From an uncultured Flavobacteriaceae bacterium (GTDB lineage: Bacteria > Bacteroidota > Bacteroidia > Flavobacteriales > Flavobacteriaceae): a DNA stretch of 64,000 nucleotides. Where the stretch lies: NCBI GenBank assembly GCA_964385175.1, contig CAYLNL010000001.1, forward strand, positions 284,593-348,592. Direction: 5' to 3'. Every line of letters starts with the position of its first letter. Position 1 is the stretch's first letter. Below, in pieces: positions 56,501 through 64,000 of the stretch. The notes under the pieces were generated by a model, which saw only the letters and a program-made list of their open reading frames with translations, was not told where the DNA came from and ran no database searches. Position numbers and translations under genes: made by a program.

Positions 56501-57766
56501 CTACAGGTTGTATTGTTTTATTTTGCGATAGAGTGTTCTTTCAGATATTCCGAGCTCGGCGGCTGTTTTTTTGCGCTTTCCACGATTGCGGTCTAACGAT
56601 TTTTTTATGAGTTCCAGTTCTTTTTCCTGGAGGGAAAGGGTTTCTTCTTCTTCAATTTCTTCGGCGAAGTGGTATTTGTCTTCTATTAACCCTGGCGAAG
56701 TGTGGGGTTTTTTAGAAAGATGCATAATGTTTACAGGCTCATTAGAATCTTCCACATCTATCTCAATTTGCTCTTCATCGCCATATATTTTTTTTATGAG
56801 TGGTTGGTTTTCTTTTTGCACTTTTTCCATGTTTCCGCTTTGCATCAACTCAAGGGTCAGTTTCTTTAAATCATTCAGGTCGCTCTTCATATCAAACAGA
56901 ATCTTATACAAAATTTCACGTTCAGCCTTGAAATCCCCGTCAGGCTGAGCGGCGGGCTTCGCTAAAACGGGCAATAGATATTCTGTATCCGGGAGGTAGG
57001 CGCTAAGCACTTCGGGCGAAATGTCGCGTTGACGTTCTAATACAGAAATTTGCTCTACCACATTGCGTAACTGGCGAATGTTACCGCTCCAATGATAACG
57101 GGTAAGGGGTGGAATGGCATTATCTTGTAGCCGAATGGGGGGCATAGTGTATTTTTGGGCAAAATCGGCAGCGAATTTCCGAAAGAGTAAATAAATGTCT
57201 TCCTTTCGCTCGCGCAGGGGCGGGAGAGAAATTTCTATGGTACTGAGACGATAGTACAAATCGTCTCTGAAACGCCCTTTTTTAATGGCTTCAAACATGT
57301 TTAGGTTAGTGGCGGCTACAATGCGTACATTGGTTTTCTGCACTTTAGAGGAGCCTACTTTTATAAATTCCCCGTTTTCTAAAACCCTCAATAGTCGTAC
57401 CTGGGTGGTAATAGGCAATTCACCTACTTCGTCTAAGAAAATAGTGCCGCTGTCTGCCTCTTCAAAATAACCACTTCGGGTAGTTGTGGCGCCTGTGAAA
57501 GAGCCTTTTTCATGCCCAAAAAGTTCAGAATCTATGGTTCCCTCTGGTATTGCGCCGCAGTTTACCGCTATATACCTGCCGTGTTTTCGGTGCGAAAGGC
57601 TGTGAATAATTTTAGGAATTACTTCTTTTCCCACGCCACTCTCTCCTGTTACCAGTACTGAAATATCGGTAGGAGCTACCTGGATAGCTTTTTCTATAGC
57701 GCGGTTGAGTTGTATGTCGTTGCCAATAATTTCAAAACGTTGTTTTATAGTTTGAATGTTTTCCAT
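56501..57766 (-). CDS. Sigma-54-dependent transcriptional activator (AAA+ plus Fis HTH, no receiver or sensor domain)
   Basis: GESGVGKE, GAFTGA-like GSFTGA, an ESELFGHEKG-type motif and the C-terminal HTH AAELGISERTLYRKIK. The AAA+ domain begins within ~25 aa of the N-terminus. Confidence 0.9.
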   Translation of the reverse strand: MENIQTIKQRFEIIGNDIQLNRAIEKAIQVAPTDISVLVTGESGVGKEVIPKIIHSLSHRKHGRYIAVNCGAIPEGTIDSELFGHEKGSFTGATTTRSGYFEEADSGTIFLDEVGELPITTQVRLLRVLENGEFIKVGSSKVQKTNVRIVAATNLNMFEAIKKGRFRDDLYYRLSTIEISLPPLRERKEDIYLLFRKFAADFAQKYTMPPIRLQDNAIPPLTRYHWSGNIRQLRNVVEQISVLERQRDISPEVLSAYLPDTEYLLPVLAKPAAQPDGDFKAEREILYKILFDMKSDLNDLKKLTLELMQSGNMEKVQKENQPLIKKIYGDEEQIEIDVEDSNEPVNIMHLSKKPHTSPGLIEDKYHFAEEIEEEETLSLQEKELELIKKSLDRNRGKRKKTAAELGISERTLYRKIKQYNL

Positions 57767-57863
57767 GCTGCGTTGTTGGAGGTATTAGTATTGAATGGCG
57801 AGGTATTTTAAGGGTGATTTTAGATTTGTTTAGTTTCTATTTTCTTTGTTTGAGCTGCGTTGT

Positions 57864-59312
57864 TTAACTGGTTTTGTTAGCATATCCCCGGGCTTCGCCT
57901 ATGAGGGTGGCGCTGGTGCAATGGGTTATTTTTACAGTTACAAATTCTCCTGTTTGATAGGTTTCTTTTGGAAATACTACAACCGTGTTTTGGGTGTTTC
58001 TGCCCATCCAATGGTCTTGCGATTTTTTAGATACGCCTTCTATCAATACGGTTTCTGTATTCCCAATGTGTTCTTTGTTTCGGTATAGGCTGTGTTGTTG
58101 TTGCAGGTTTATAATTTCTGCGAGGCGTTGTTTTTTTAACTCGGCGGGAACATCGTCTTTCATTTTTCGGGCGGCGAGGGTGCCAGGCCTTTCGGAATAA
58201 GCGAACATGAAACCGAAATGGTATTTCACATACTCCATTAAGGAAAGGGTGTCTTTGTGGTCTGCGGCTGTTTCGGTAGGGAAACCGGTTATCATATCGT
58301 GTGAGATGGCGCAACCGGGGATATGAGTTCGGATGGTGTCTATTAGCGTTATATACTGTTCCCGGGTATGCTGGCGGTTCATGGCAGAAAGGATGCGGTT
58401 GCTGCCGCTTTGTACGGGAAGGTGAATATGTTTGCAGATATTAGGATAGGCAGCCATAGTTTCAATAACCTGGGGGCTAATATCCTGGGGATTAGAAGTG
58501 GAGAAGCGAATCCGCATGGATGGCTGAGACTGGGCTACAAGCGCCAGTAAATGGGCGAAGGTAACGGCAGAGGCTTGTTTAATGGCAGAAGCGCGCAGAA
58601 AGTCTTTTTTAAGCCCGCCGCCATACCACAAATAGCTATCTACATTTTGCCCAAGCAGGGTTATTTCTTTAAATCCTTTTTGGGAAAGGGTTTCTATTTC
58701 GTGGAGAATAGATTGCGGGTCGCGGCTGCGCTCGCGCCCACGCGTAAAGGGGACTACGCAAAAGGTGCACATATTGTCGCAGCCGCGGGTTATGGAAACA
58801 AAAGCAGAAACTCCGTTACTGTTGAGGCGCACGGGAGAAACATCGGCGTAGGTTTCGTCTTTAGAGAGGAGCACGTTCACGGCATAATCGCCTTCGGTTG
58901 CCTGGCGAACTAACTGGGGGAGGTCTTTATAGGCATCGGGGCCTACCACCATATCTACTATTTTTTCTTCTTCCAGGAATTTATCTTTAAGTCGTTCTGC
59001 CATACAACCCAACACGCCCACTTTCATGCTTGGGTTCAGGCGTTTCACGGCATTAAATTGTTCCAGCCGCTTACGCACGCTCTGCTCGGCTTTTTCTCTT
59101 ATAGAACAGGTGTTTAGCAGCGCCAGGTCGGCCTCTTCCGCTTGCTGGGTAATGGTAAATCCTTCCTTTGCCAGTATGGAAGCTACAATTTCACTGTCAG
59201 AAAAATTCATCTGGCAACCATAGCTTTCTATGTATAGTTTGCGGGTAGTTGCTGTTTTGGCTTCCGTGAAAATAGTTTTGGCTTGTTGCGGGTTGTCTGT
59301 AATCCTATCCAT
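57864..59312 (-). CDS. miaB: tRNA-i6A37 methylthiotransferase MiaB
   Basis: UPF0004 domain (YIESYGCQMN), radical SAM CDNMCTFC and a TRAM domain. I take the ATG at 59312. Confidence 0.9.
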   Translation of the reverse strand: MDRITDNPQQAKTIFTEAKTATTRKLYIESYGCQMNFSDSEIVASILAKEGFTITQQAEEADLALLNTCSIREKAEQSVRKRLEQFNAVKRLNPSMKVGVLGCMAERLKDKFLEEEKIVDMVVGPDAYKDLPQLVRQATEGDYAVNVLLSKDETYADVSPVRLNSNGVSAFVSITRGCDNMCTFCVVPFTRGRERSRDPQSILHEIETLSQKGFKEITLLGQNVDSYLWYGGGLKKDFLRASAIKQASAVTFAHLLALVAQSQPSMRIRFSTSNPQDISPQVIETMAAYPNICKHIHLPVQSGSNRILSAMNRQHTREQYITLIDTIRTHIPGCAISHDMITGFPTETAADHKDTLSLMEYVKYHFGFMFAYSERPGTLAARKMKDDVPAELKKQRLAEIINLQQQHSLYRNKEHIGNTETVLIEGVSKKSQDHWMGRNTQNTVVVFPKETYQTGEFVTVKITHCTSATLIGEARGYANKTS

Positions 59313-59448
59313 AGAGGTGGGCAGTGTGTTGAATATCGGTTGCAAAGATAGGAATTTCTTTAATAGGCGTGACAATTTGACAGGGGGATTTGTTCTCTGC
59401 ACAAAACAGCCTTAACCTGCCATAGGTTAGCGGTTTATTTGGCGCTTG

Positions 59449-61056
59449 TTAGTGTATGCTAAACTCTTGCTCTAATTCCCAGTTAGCTCTAACCTCTAAG
59501 ACAGAAGGGTAATAGAAAACCTCCTCGGGCTGTATTTTGTTGAGGTATTTCCCGGTATCCCATTTTTTATTATGGTTTCGGTCAAAAATCACCCGGATAT
59601 AATATTTCGCCGGCTCCAGGTTGCGGAAATCATATACCTCCCGGGCGGTTTCGGCGTAGTGTTCTGTTACTACCTCTCCTTTTTCAGTTACTAATTGCAG
59701 CAATATGGGGTAATTGGTTATATTTTTTGGCCGCACCCGTATATTGCCATAATCGGCTAAACTGCGGGTTTTCAATTCATATTGGAGCGTATCGTGGGTA
59801 TTTCCGAAAAAATCGTGCAAGGCTCCTGGCAACAGGGTTATTTTGTAGCGCTCATTGGGCTGTACGTCCCATAACAGGCGAAGTTGATTTTTAAACTCAT
59901 TCAATTCTGTTGTAAAAGCTACCTGCGCAGAGTCTTTGTTGTGGAGGCTTATTTTGTCCTTGTTTAAGGTAGTGAGGGGGGTGTTGGCGTTTATGGTAAA
60001 TAACTCGCCCAGTGGCAAAAATCCTTTTATGGGAGTGGTTAGTTGTAGCGAATCGGCCTTTAGCTCTTTCATGTTCACCGAAAAAGTATCGGACTGTTCC
60101 TGGTGAGATACCTTAAAAACAAGAGAATCGGCTTTTATAGGGGTAAACCAGTAATAGAGAGAGTCGCTGTTTTGAGATTGAACAATGCGATATTTAAAAT
60201 CTTCGGGCGTGGGCGTAAGGAGTTCTATCTGCATATCACCTGGTTCGCCCTGGTAGCCGAAGATAATTTTGTTTTTGGCAGCCAAAATAGGTTTTTCTGC
60301 TTTGTAACTGCTGGTTTCTTTGAATAATTTTAGTTGATAAGTAGAGTCGGAAGGTAGCTGGATGTATTCTTTCTGAAAAGCTATTTTGTCGGTTTTTGGA
60401 TTAAAGAGGTAATCATTATTGGCATCTTTTATAGCCAGCAGCAGGTATTTTCCGGGGCGTAGGTTGGTAAGCCGAAAAGCAGGCGTGCTGTCTAAAGTAT
60501 TGGTTAGGTAGGTGGGCGGTTTTTTATAGGGAACAGAATCGGTAAAAGACTCGTTTACCTCGTAGAGCATTACAGAGACAAAATTATCGGGTTTTTGGCG
60601 AAGCGCATCTTTTATAACGCCCGAAAGAGCCAGGGAGTCTATATGGCTGCCGGTAGAGAAAATGTAACTAAAGAAAGAATACGGGTTGTTTTCATTGTTG
60701 TCTGTAATGCTTTGCCCGAAATTGAAAACATAGGTGGTGTTGGGGGCTAAGGTGTCTCGTATTTTTATTTCTATGAATTTGCTCGCTGAGCCACGGGGGT
60801 ATATTTCGGGGGGGTATTGTAAAGGAGGCGAAACAATGAGTTGTTGTTGTATGTTTTTCAGGAGAACGTATTCATTAAAATATATCCGAAATTTTTTCTC
60901 TGCAAAATGTAGGCTATTATTGGGCGGTTCTGCCTTTACCACTGCAGGAGGGGTTATGTCTTTTTCGCCTCCGCTGGGCGACCCTCGTTTGGCGCACTGA
61001 GAGGCTACTAAAAGCACGGCGCCTAAAACAGGGTACAAAAAGGTTTGTTTTTTCAT
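59449..61056 (-). CDS. Ig-like domain-containing lipoprotein
   Basis: Lipoprotein signal LLVASQC and DITPPAVVKAEPPNNS, typical of SbsA-type Ig-like domains. ATG at 61056. Confidence 0.7.
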   Translation of the reverse strand: MKKQTFLYPVLGAVLLVASQCAKRGSPSGGEKDITPPAVVKAEPPNNSLHFAEKKFRIYFNEYVLLKNIQQQLIVSPPLQYPPEIYPRGSASKFIEIKIRDTLAPNTTYVFNFGQSITDNNENNPYSFFSYIFSTGSHIDSLALSGVIKDALRQKPDNFVSVMLYEVNESFTDSVPYKKPPTYLTNTLDSTPAFRLTNLRPGKYLLLAIKDANNDYLFNPKTDKIAFQKEYIQLPSDSTYQLKLFKETSSYKAEKPILAAKNKIIFGYQGEPGDMQIELLTPTPEDFKYRIVQSQNSDSLYYWFTPIKADSLVFKVSHQEQSDTFSVNMKELKADSLQLTTPIKGFLPLGELFTINANTPLTTLNKDKISLHNKDSAQVAFTTELNEFKNQLRLLWDVQPNERYKITLLPGALHDFFGNTHDTLQYELKTRSLADYGNIRVRPKNITNYPILLQLVTEKGEVVTEHYAETAREVYDFRNLEPAKYYIRVIFDRNHNKKWDTGKYLNKIQPEEVFYYPSVLEVRANWELEQEFSIH

Positions 61057-61132
61057 AGGCGGCTTGTTATTCTTGAAAGGGCAAAGTAACAATTATTTTT
61101 GGTATTGAGATATTAGATATGAGTAGTGAGAA

Positions 61133-61550
61133 TTTTGTGCCCTTTGTGGTAAAAAAATAGAACCAAGAGGCAAGAACCAAGAACCAAGACAATTTCTATT
61201 TTTTGAATAGCCGATGGTTTCAACCGTCGGCTTAATTTTAGTATTGAGTATTGAGATGTGAATATTGAGAACTTTGTGTTCTTTGTGAAAAACTTTGTGC
61301 TCTTTGCGGTAAAATATAAAACCAAGAGACAAGAACCAAGAATCAAGACAGGTTTTTGAATAGAGATGACGGTTTCAACCGTCGGCTTGGTTTTGTGTGC
61401 TTTGCGAAAAAAAGTTGTGCTCTTTGCGGTAAAAAATAGAACCAAGAGGCAAGAACCAAGAACCAAGACAATTTCTATTTTTTGAATAGCCGATGGTTTC
61501 AACCGTCGGCTTTTATTTTGTGCTCTTTGTGGTAAAAAATAGAACCAATC
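61133..61550. repeat. Three and a half tandem copies of a ~100-bp unit separated by short variable linkers
   Basis: The unit is GTGCTCTTTGCGGTAAAAAATAGAACCAAGAGGCAAGAACCAAGAACCAAGACAATTTCTATTTTTTGAATAGCCGATGGTTTCAACCGTCGGCTT. Units lie at 61133-61232, 61295-61389 and 61415-61512, with a partial one at 61517-61550. Each ends in the hairpin AGCCGAYGG-TTTCAA-CCGTCGGCT plus a T-rich tail. Confidence 0.9.
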
Positions 61551-61585
61551 TTTAATTAAAAAAGCGCAATAGAAATCGTTGCCAC

Positions 61586-61775
61586 ATTATTTTTTGTATA
61601 TATTTGCCGGGTATAAGAATTTTTGCGGGTATGGCTATAAAAACCCTTTTTCCTTGCAAAATATATATGTTTCACCAACAGAAACAACTGTATCTTTGGG
61701 CTATTAACCTAAAAATACACTACCATGAAAAAGTTACTGTTTGTTTTGTTATCTGCAACAACCATTGTTTCTTTT
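61586..61775 (+). repeat. Duplicated ~190-bp promoter/leader/signal-peptide segment, copy 1
   Basis: Near-identical to 62889-63078. Contains a TAnnTTTG box TATATTTG at 61599-61606, a ~115-nt leader and the start of an MKKLLFVLL ORF. Confidence 0.9.
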
Positions 61776-61793
61776 ACTAAAACTACTATGTAA
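61725..61793 (+). pseudogene. Truncated copy (22 codons) of the small lipoprotein ORF
   Basis: MKKLLFVLLSATTIVSFTKTTM-stop. The lipobox Cys of copy 2 is Phe here. Confidence 0.4.
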
Positions 61794-61971
61794 AAAAATG
61801 CCTATTACAACAAAGAGAAAATTCCAAATTCTGAAATATCTCTATTTTTTTACGGGAAAACCATACTTTTTAATAGGGAAAAAACTTGTTAGTTGGTATA
61901 TAGAGTGATTATTTTTGCAATAGTATATTTATAATAGTATATTATTGTGTAACTTTTTACTTTAAAATACC

Positions 61972-62457
61972 ATGAAAAAATTAGCAGTATTTTTTTTAGT
62001 TTTGATATCCTGTAACCAAGATAGCGAAAATGAAAAGTCTCCACTTTCTTCTGAAGCTATTATTTCCCCTTCAGGGATTGTTTTTGCCAAAAGCACATCA
62101 GATTTAACTAAGAAAGCTATAGCAGTTATTGGCAGAGATGATATTGTAATTAGCAATGTTCAATTCTTAGAGAGTAAAGTAGCTTCATCTGTTATTGTTT
62201 CTCTTGCCTCAAAAAGCGGGGAAGCACTTTCTAACTTTGCTATAGCAAGAGGTAAAATTTCGTATAATGCAAATAGTCTAAGTATTGGAGGAAATTACCC
62301 TGGCAGTGAAGATAGAAGCATTACGATAACATGTAAAAATTGTGCAAACTGTCGGGTTCAGGGTACTGTAGAGCCTGACGGAACGCATCATTTTCAATGT
62401 GAAAGTGCTTGCTGTTCAATGATAGTTACTATAGATGAGGATTATTCAGAAAATTAG
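61972..62457 (+). CDS. Lipoprotein with a Cys-rich C-terminal module
   Basis: Signal plus lipobox FLVLISC. The last 50 aa hold seven Cys (CKNCANCRVQGTVEPDGTHHFQCESACCS). Confidence 0.65.
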   Translation: MKKLAVFFLVLISCNQDSENEKSPLSSEAIISPSGIVFAKSTSDLTKKAIAVIGRDDIVISNVQFLESKVASSVIVSLASKSGEALSNFAIARGKISYNANSLSIGGNYPGSEDRSITITCKNCANCRVQGTVEPDGTHHFQCESACCSMIVTIDEDYSEN

Positions 62458-62568
62458 GGTTTCCTATTTTTCTCTAATTATTAGCTCAAATAAAAACAAA
62501 ACAATCTTTAATGTAATATTATTGCAGGTTTGTTTTTTATGTAAATACTATTTTTAAACAGAGTGTTT

Positions 62569-62781
62569 ATGAAACTAAAACAAAACTCATCTACAAATAA
62601 GATTACCAAACATTCATCAACATATAGAAAGAAAAAATTATCAATAGGGGTTAGTATCGCTAGTATTTTAATACTTTCCCCTTTTGCTTTTTATTTATAT
62701 AAATATGCCCCTGCCGATAGCAAAGAGTGGAAGGTTTTCTTCTTTACCATACACAGCGGGGGTTTTAACCATCAGCTTTAA
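62569..62781 (+). CDS. Short single-TM ORF, possibly a truncated paralogue of 63107..63529
   Basis: KKKLSIGVSIASILILSPFAFYLY resembles KQFSIGLLIVFSAVLPYLH in the downstream membrane protein. Confidence 0.35.
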   Translation: MKLKQNSSTNKITKHSSTYRKKKLSIGVSIASILILSPFAFYLYKYAPADSKEWKVFFFTIHSGGFNHQL

Positions 62782-62888
62782 TTAAAATTCCAAAATATAT
62801 AATATGCCTGTTTTTTTAGCAGAACACTATGCTTTTTCATAGAGAAACCAGTTGCTGCCTAAAAAAGAGCAAAAGAATTCGTAACAGA

Positions 62889-63078
62889 ATTATTTTTTGT
62901 ATATATTTGCCGAGTATAAGAATTTTTGCGGGTATGGCTATAAAAACCCTTTTTCCTTGCAAAACATATACGTTTCACCAACAGAAACAACTGTATCTTT
63001 GGGCTATTAACCTAAAAATACACTACCATGAAAAAGTTACTGTTTGTTTTGCTGGTTGCAACAACTCTTGTTTCTTGT
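62889..63078 (+). repeat. Duplicated ~190-bp promoter/leader/signal-peptide segment, copy 2
   Basis: Near-identical to 61586-61775. TATATTTG lies at 62902-62909. Confidence 0.9.
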
Positions 63079-63162
63079 ACTAAAACCAACGTGGAAGACG
63101 ATAAGTATGACACAAATATACAAACCATTGATAAAAAAGAAATCAAAGAGACAGATATTTAA
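63028..63162 (+). CDS. Small lipoprotein or secreted peptide precursor (44 aa, absent from the ORF track)
   Basis: MKKLLFVLLVATTLVSC-TKTNVEDDKYDTNIQTIDKKEIKETDI: signal peptide plus lipobox Cys17 and a charged 27-aa tail. Overlaps the next ORF by 56 nt in another frame. Confidence 0.45.
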   Translation: MKKLLFVLLVATTLVSCTKTNVEDDKYDTNIQTIDKKEIKETDI

Positions 63163-63529
63163 GCAATTTTCTATTGGATTATTGATTGTTTTTTCAGCAG
63201 TACTTCCCTATCTGCATGATTTACAATTTTTTGAAGAGAAGAAAGGCTTTAGCGGTTTTTCTTCTCTCCGTATAGGTATATGGGTTCTTTCTATTTACAT
63301 ATTTTCGCTCATACCGTGGATTTTATTTTTTATAGCTTCAAAAGGAAAAGCATATCGTTTCACCCTGCTTGTACCTATTTTCATGCTATTATATCAACTC
63401 ACGGTTTATATTCTCAATGAAAGAGAGAGTTATATCAATAAATTCGATATAAAATTTACAATTACTCTTGTAGTGGCTATCTTTATTACCGTTTTTTATT
63501 TTATAAAAAAAAATTCTCGCAGAAAATGA
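63107..63529 (+). CDS. Multi-pass membrane protein, unknown function
   Basis: Four hydrophobic helices. ATG at 63107. Confidence 0.55.
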   Translation: MTQIYKPLIKKKSKRQIFKQFSIGLLIVFSAVLPYLHDLQFFEEKKGFSGFSSLRIGIWVLSIYIFSLIPWILFFIASKGKAYRFTLLVPIFMLLYQLTVYILNERESYINKFDIKFTITLVVAIFITVFYFIKKNSRRK

Positions 63530-63696
63530 GTATAAAAGCTTTATCAGAGATTTTAATCTACAAAGAGATGAAAGAGCTTTATACAGAAGAAGAAAGAATA
63601 AAGCTCAAAAAAGAATTAAGACGAAATCTGCCAATTTCTATGAATAATATTTCTGAGGTCATTATAAAAATTATCGATAAAATAAATGAAAGTTAG
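63526..63696 (+). CDS. Small hypothetical ORF (56 aa), translationally coupled (ATGA) to the membrane protein
   Basis: MSIKALSEILIYKEMKELYTEEERIKLKKELRRNL... Absent from the ORF track. Confidence 0.35.
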   Translation: MSIKALSEILIYKEMKELYTEEERIKLKKELRRNLPISMNNISEVIIKIIDKINES

Positions 63697-63697
63697 T

Positions 63698-63985
63698 TTA
63701 CGCCTTTTTCTTTTTATTGAGAATGTCATCTATATCTAATACAATATTTCCGAGCGCACTGGCGAGCGTGTCCTGATTAAGAAGTATTTTCTGAAAAAGG
63801 GGTCGTAATGTTTCTATAATGGTTCCAGGTATATTATTTTTTTCCTCTAATATTTTAATATATTTCTCCTGTAACGCAATAATTTGATTTTTGGCATTCA
63901 ATAACTCATATACTATTTTTTCATCACCTGACGCACTTTCATTAACTTTTTCAACAGTCTTTTCACTATTTGCTGTTTCGCCCAA
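63698..63985 (-). CDS. Hypothetical coiled-coil protein
   Basis: 95-aa ORF near the window edge. I recognise no motif. Confidence 0.4.
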   Translation of the reverse strand: MGETANSEKTVEKVNESASGDEKIVYELLNAKNQIIALQEKYIKILEEKNNIPGTIIETLRPLFQKILLNQDTLASALGNIVLDIDDILNKKKKA

Positions 63986-64000
63986 TAAATCTGATAGTGA

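Noticed and set aside
61113-61502. 129-aa and 79-aa minus-strand ORFs with internally repeated sequence
   Set aside because: They are translations of the tandem ~100-bp DNA repeat. The same peptide blocks recur because the DNA repeats, and there is no start context.

Overview
This 64-kb window looks like a Bacteroidota chromosome segment: it carries the gliding genes gldD/gldE next to mutY-ssb, TAnnTTTG-type promoter boxes, and many lipoprotein signals. It has three parts. (1) 1-4965 holds a TetR / ABC / HlyD / TolC-like efflux operon. (2) About 4966-22456 is an accessory region of visibly AT-rich one- or two-gene cassettes. They encode an ABC-type ATPase plus a small PD-(D/E)xK protein, HepT/MntA, a methyltransferase plus a candidate restriction enzyme, an Mrr-like enzyme, XRE-ImmA plus a frameshifted DUF4411 PIN, a Swt1-type HEPN protein, a small PD-(D/E)xK protein, an HNH protein and a 2-TM protein. 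Almost every gap between cassettes contains the same mosaic of GC-rich hairpin modules. One module is amplified into a 6-unit tandem array directly upstream of the small PD-(D/E)xK gene. No integrase or transposase is visible. (3) 22457-61092 is mostly housekeeping: feoAB, SCO1, polA (split by a frameshift in a C10 run), a decayed HepT/MNT pair, a biotin cluster with embedded KAS/SET/hydrolase genes, recX, rng, HU, mutY, ssb, gldED, a DUF433/DUF5615 pair, ZIP/MntR, crtY-like, groESL, secG, lptE-like, a sigma-54 activator and miaB. The window ends with tandem and duplicated non-coding repeats and small lipoprotein or membrane ORFs. I recognised no rRNA, tRNA or CRISPR array. All calls come from reading the ORF translations and the DNA by eye; no searches or computations were run.
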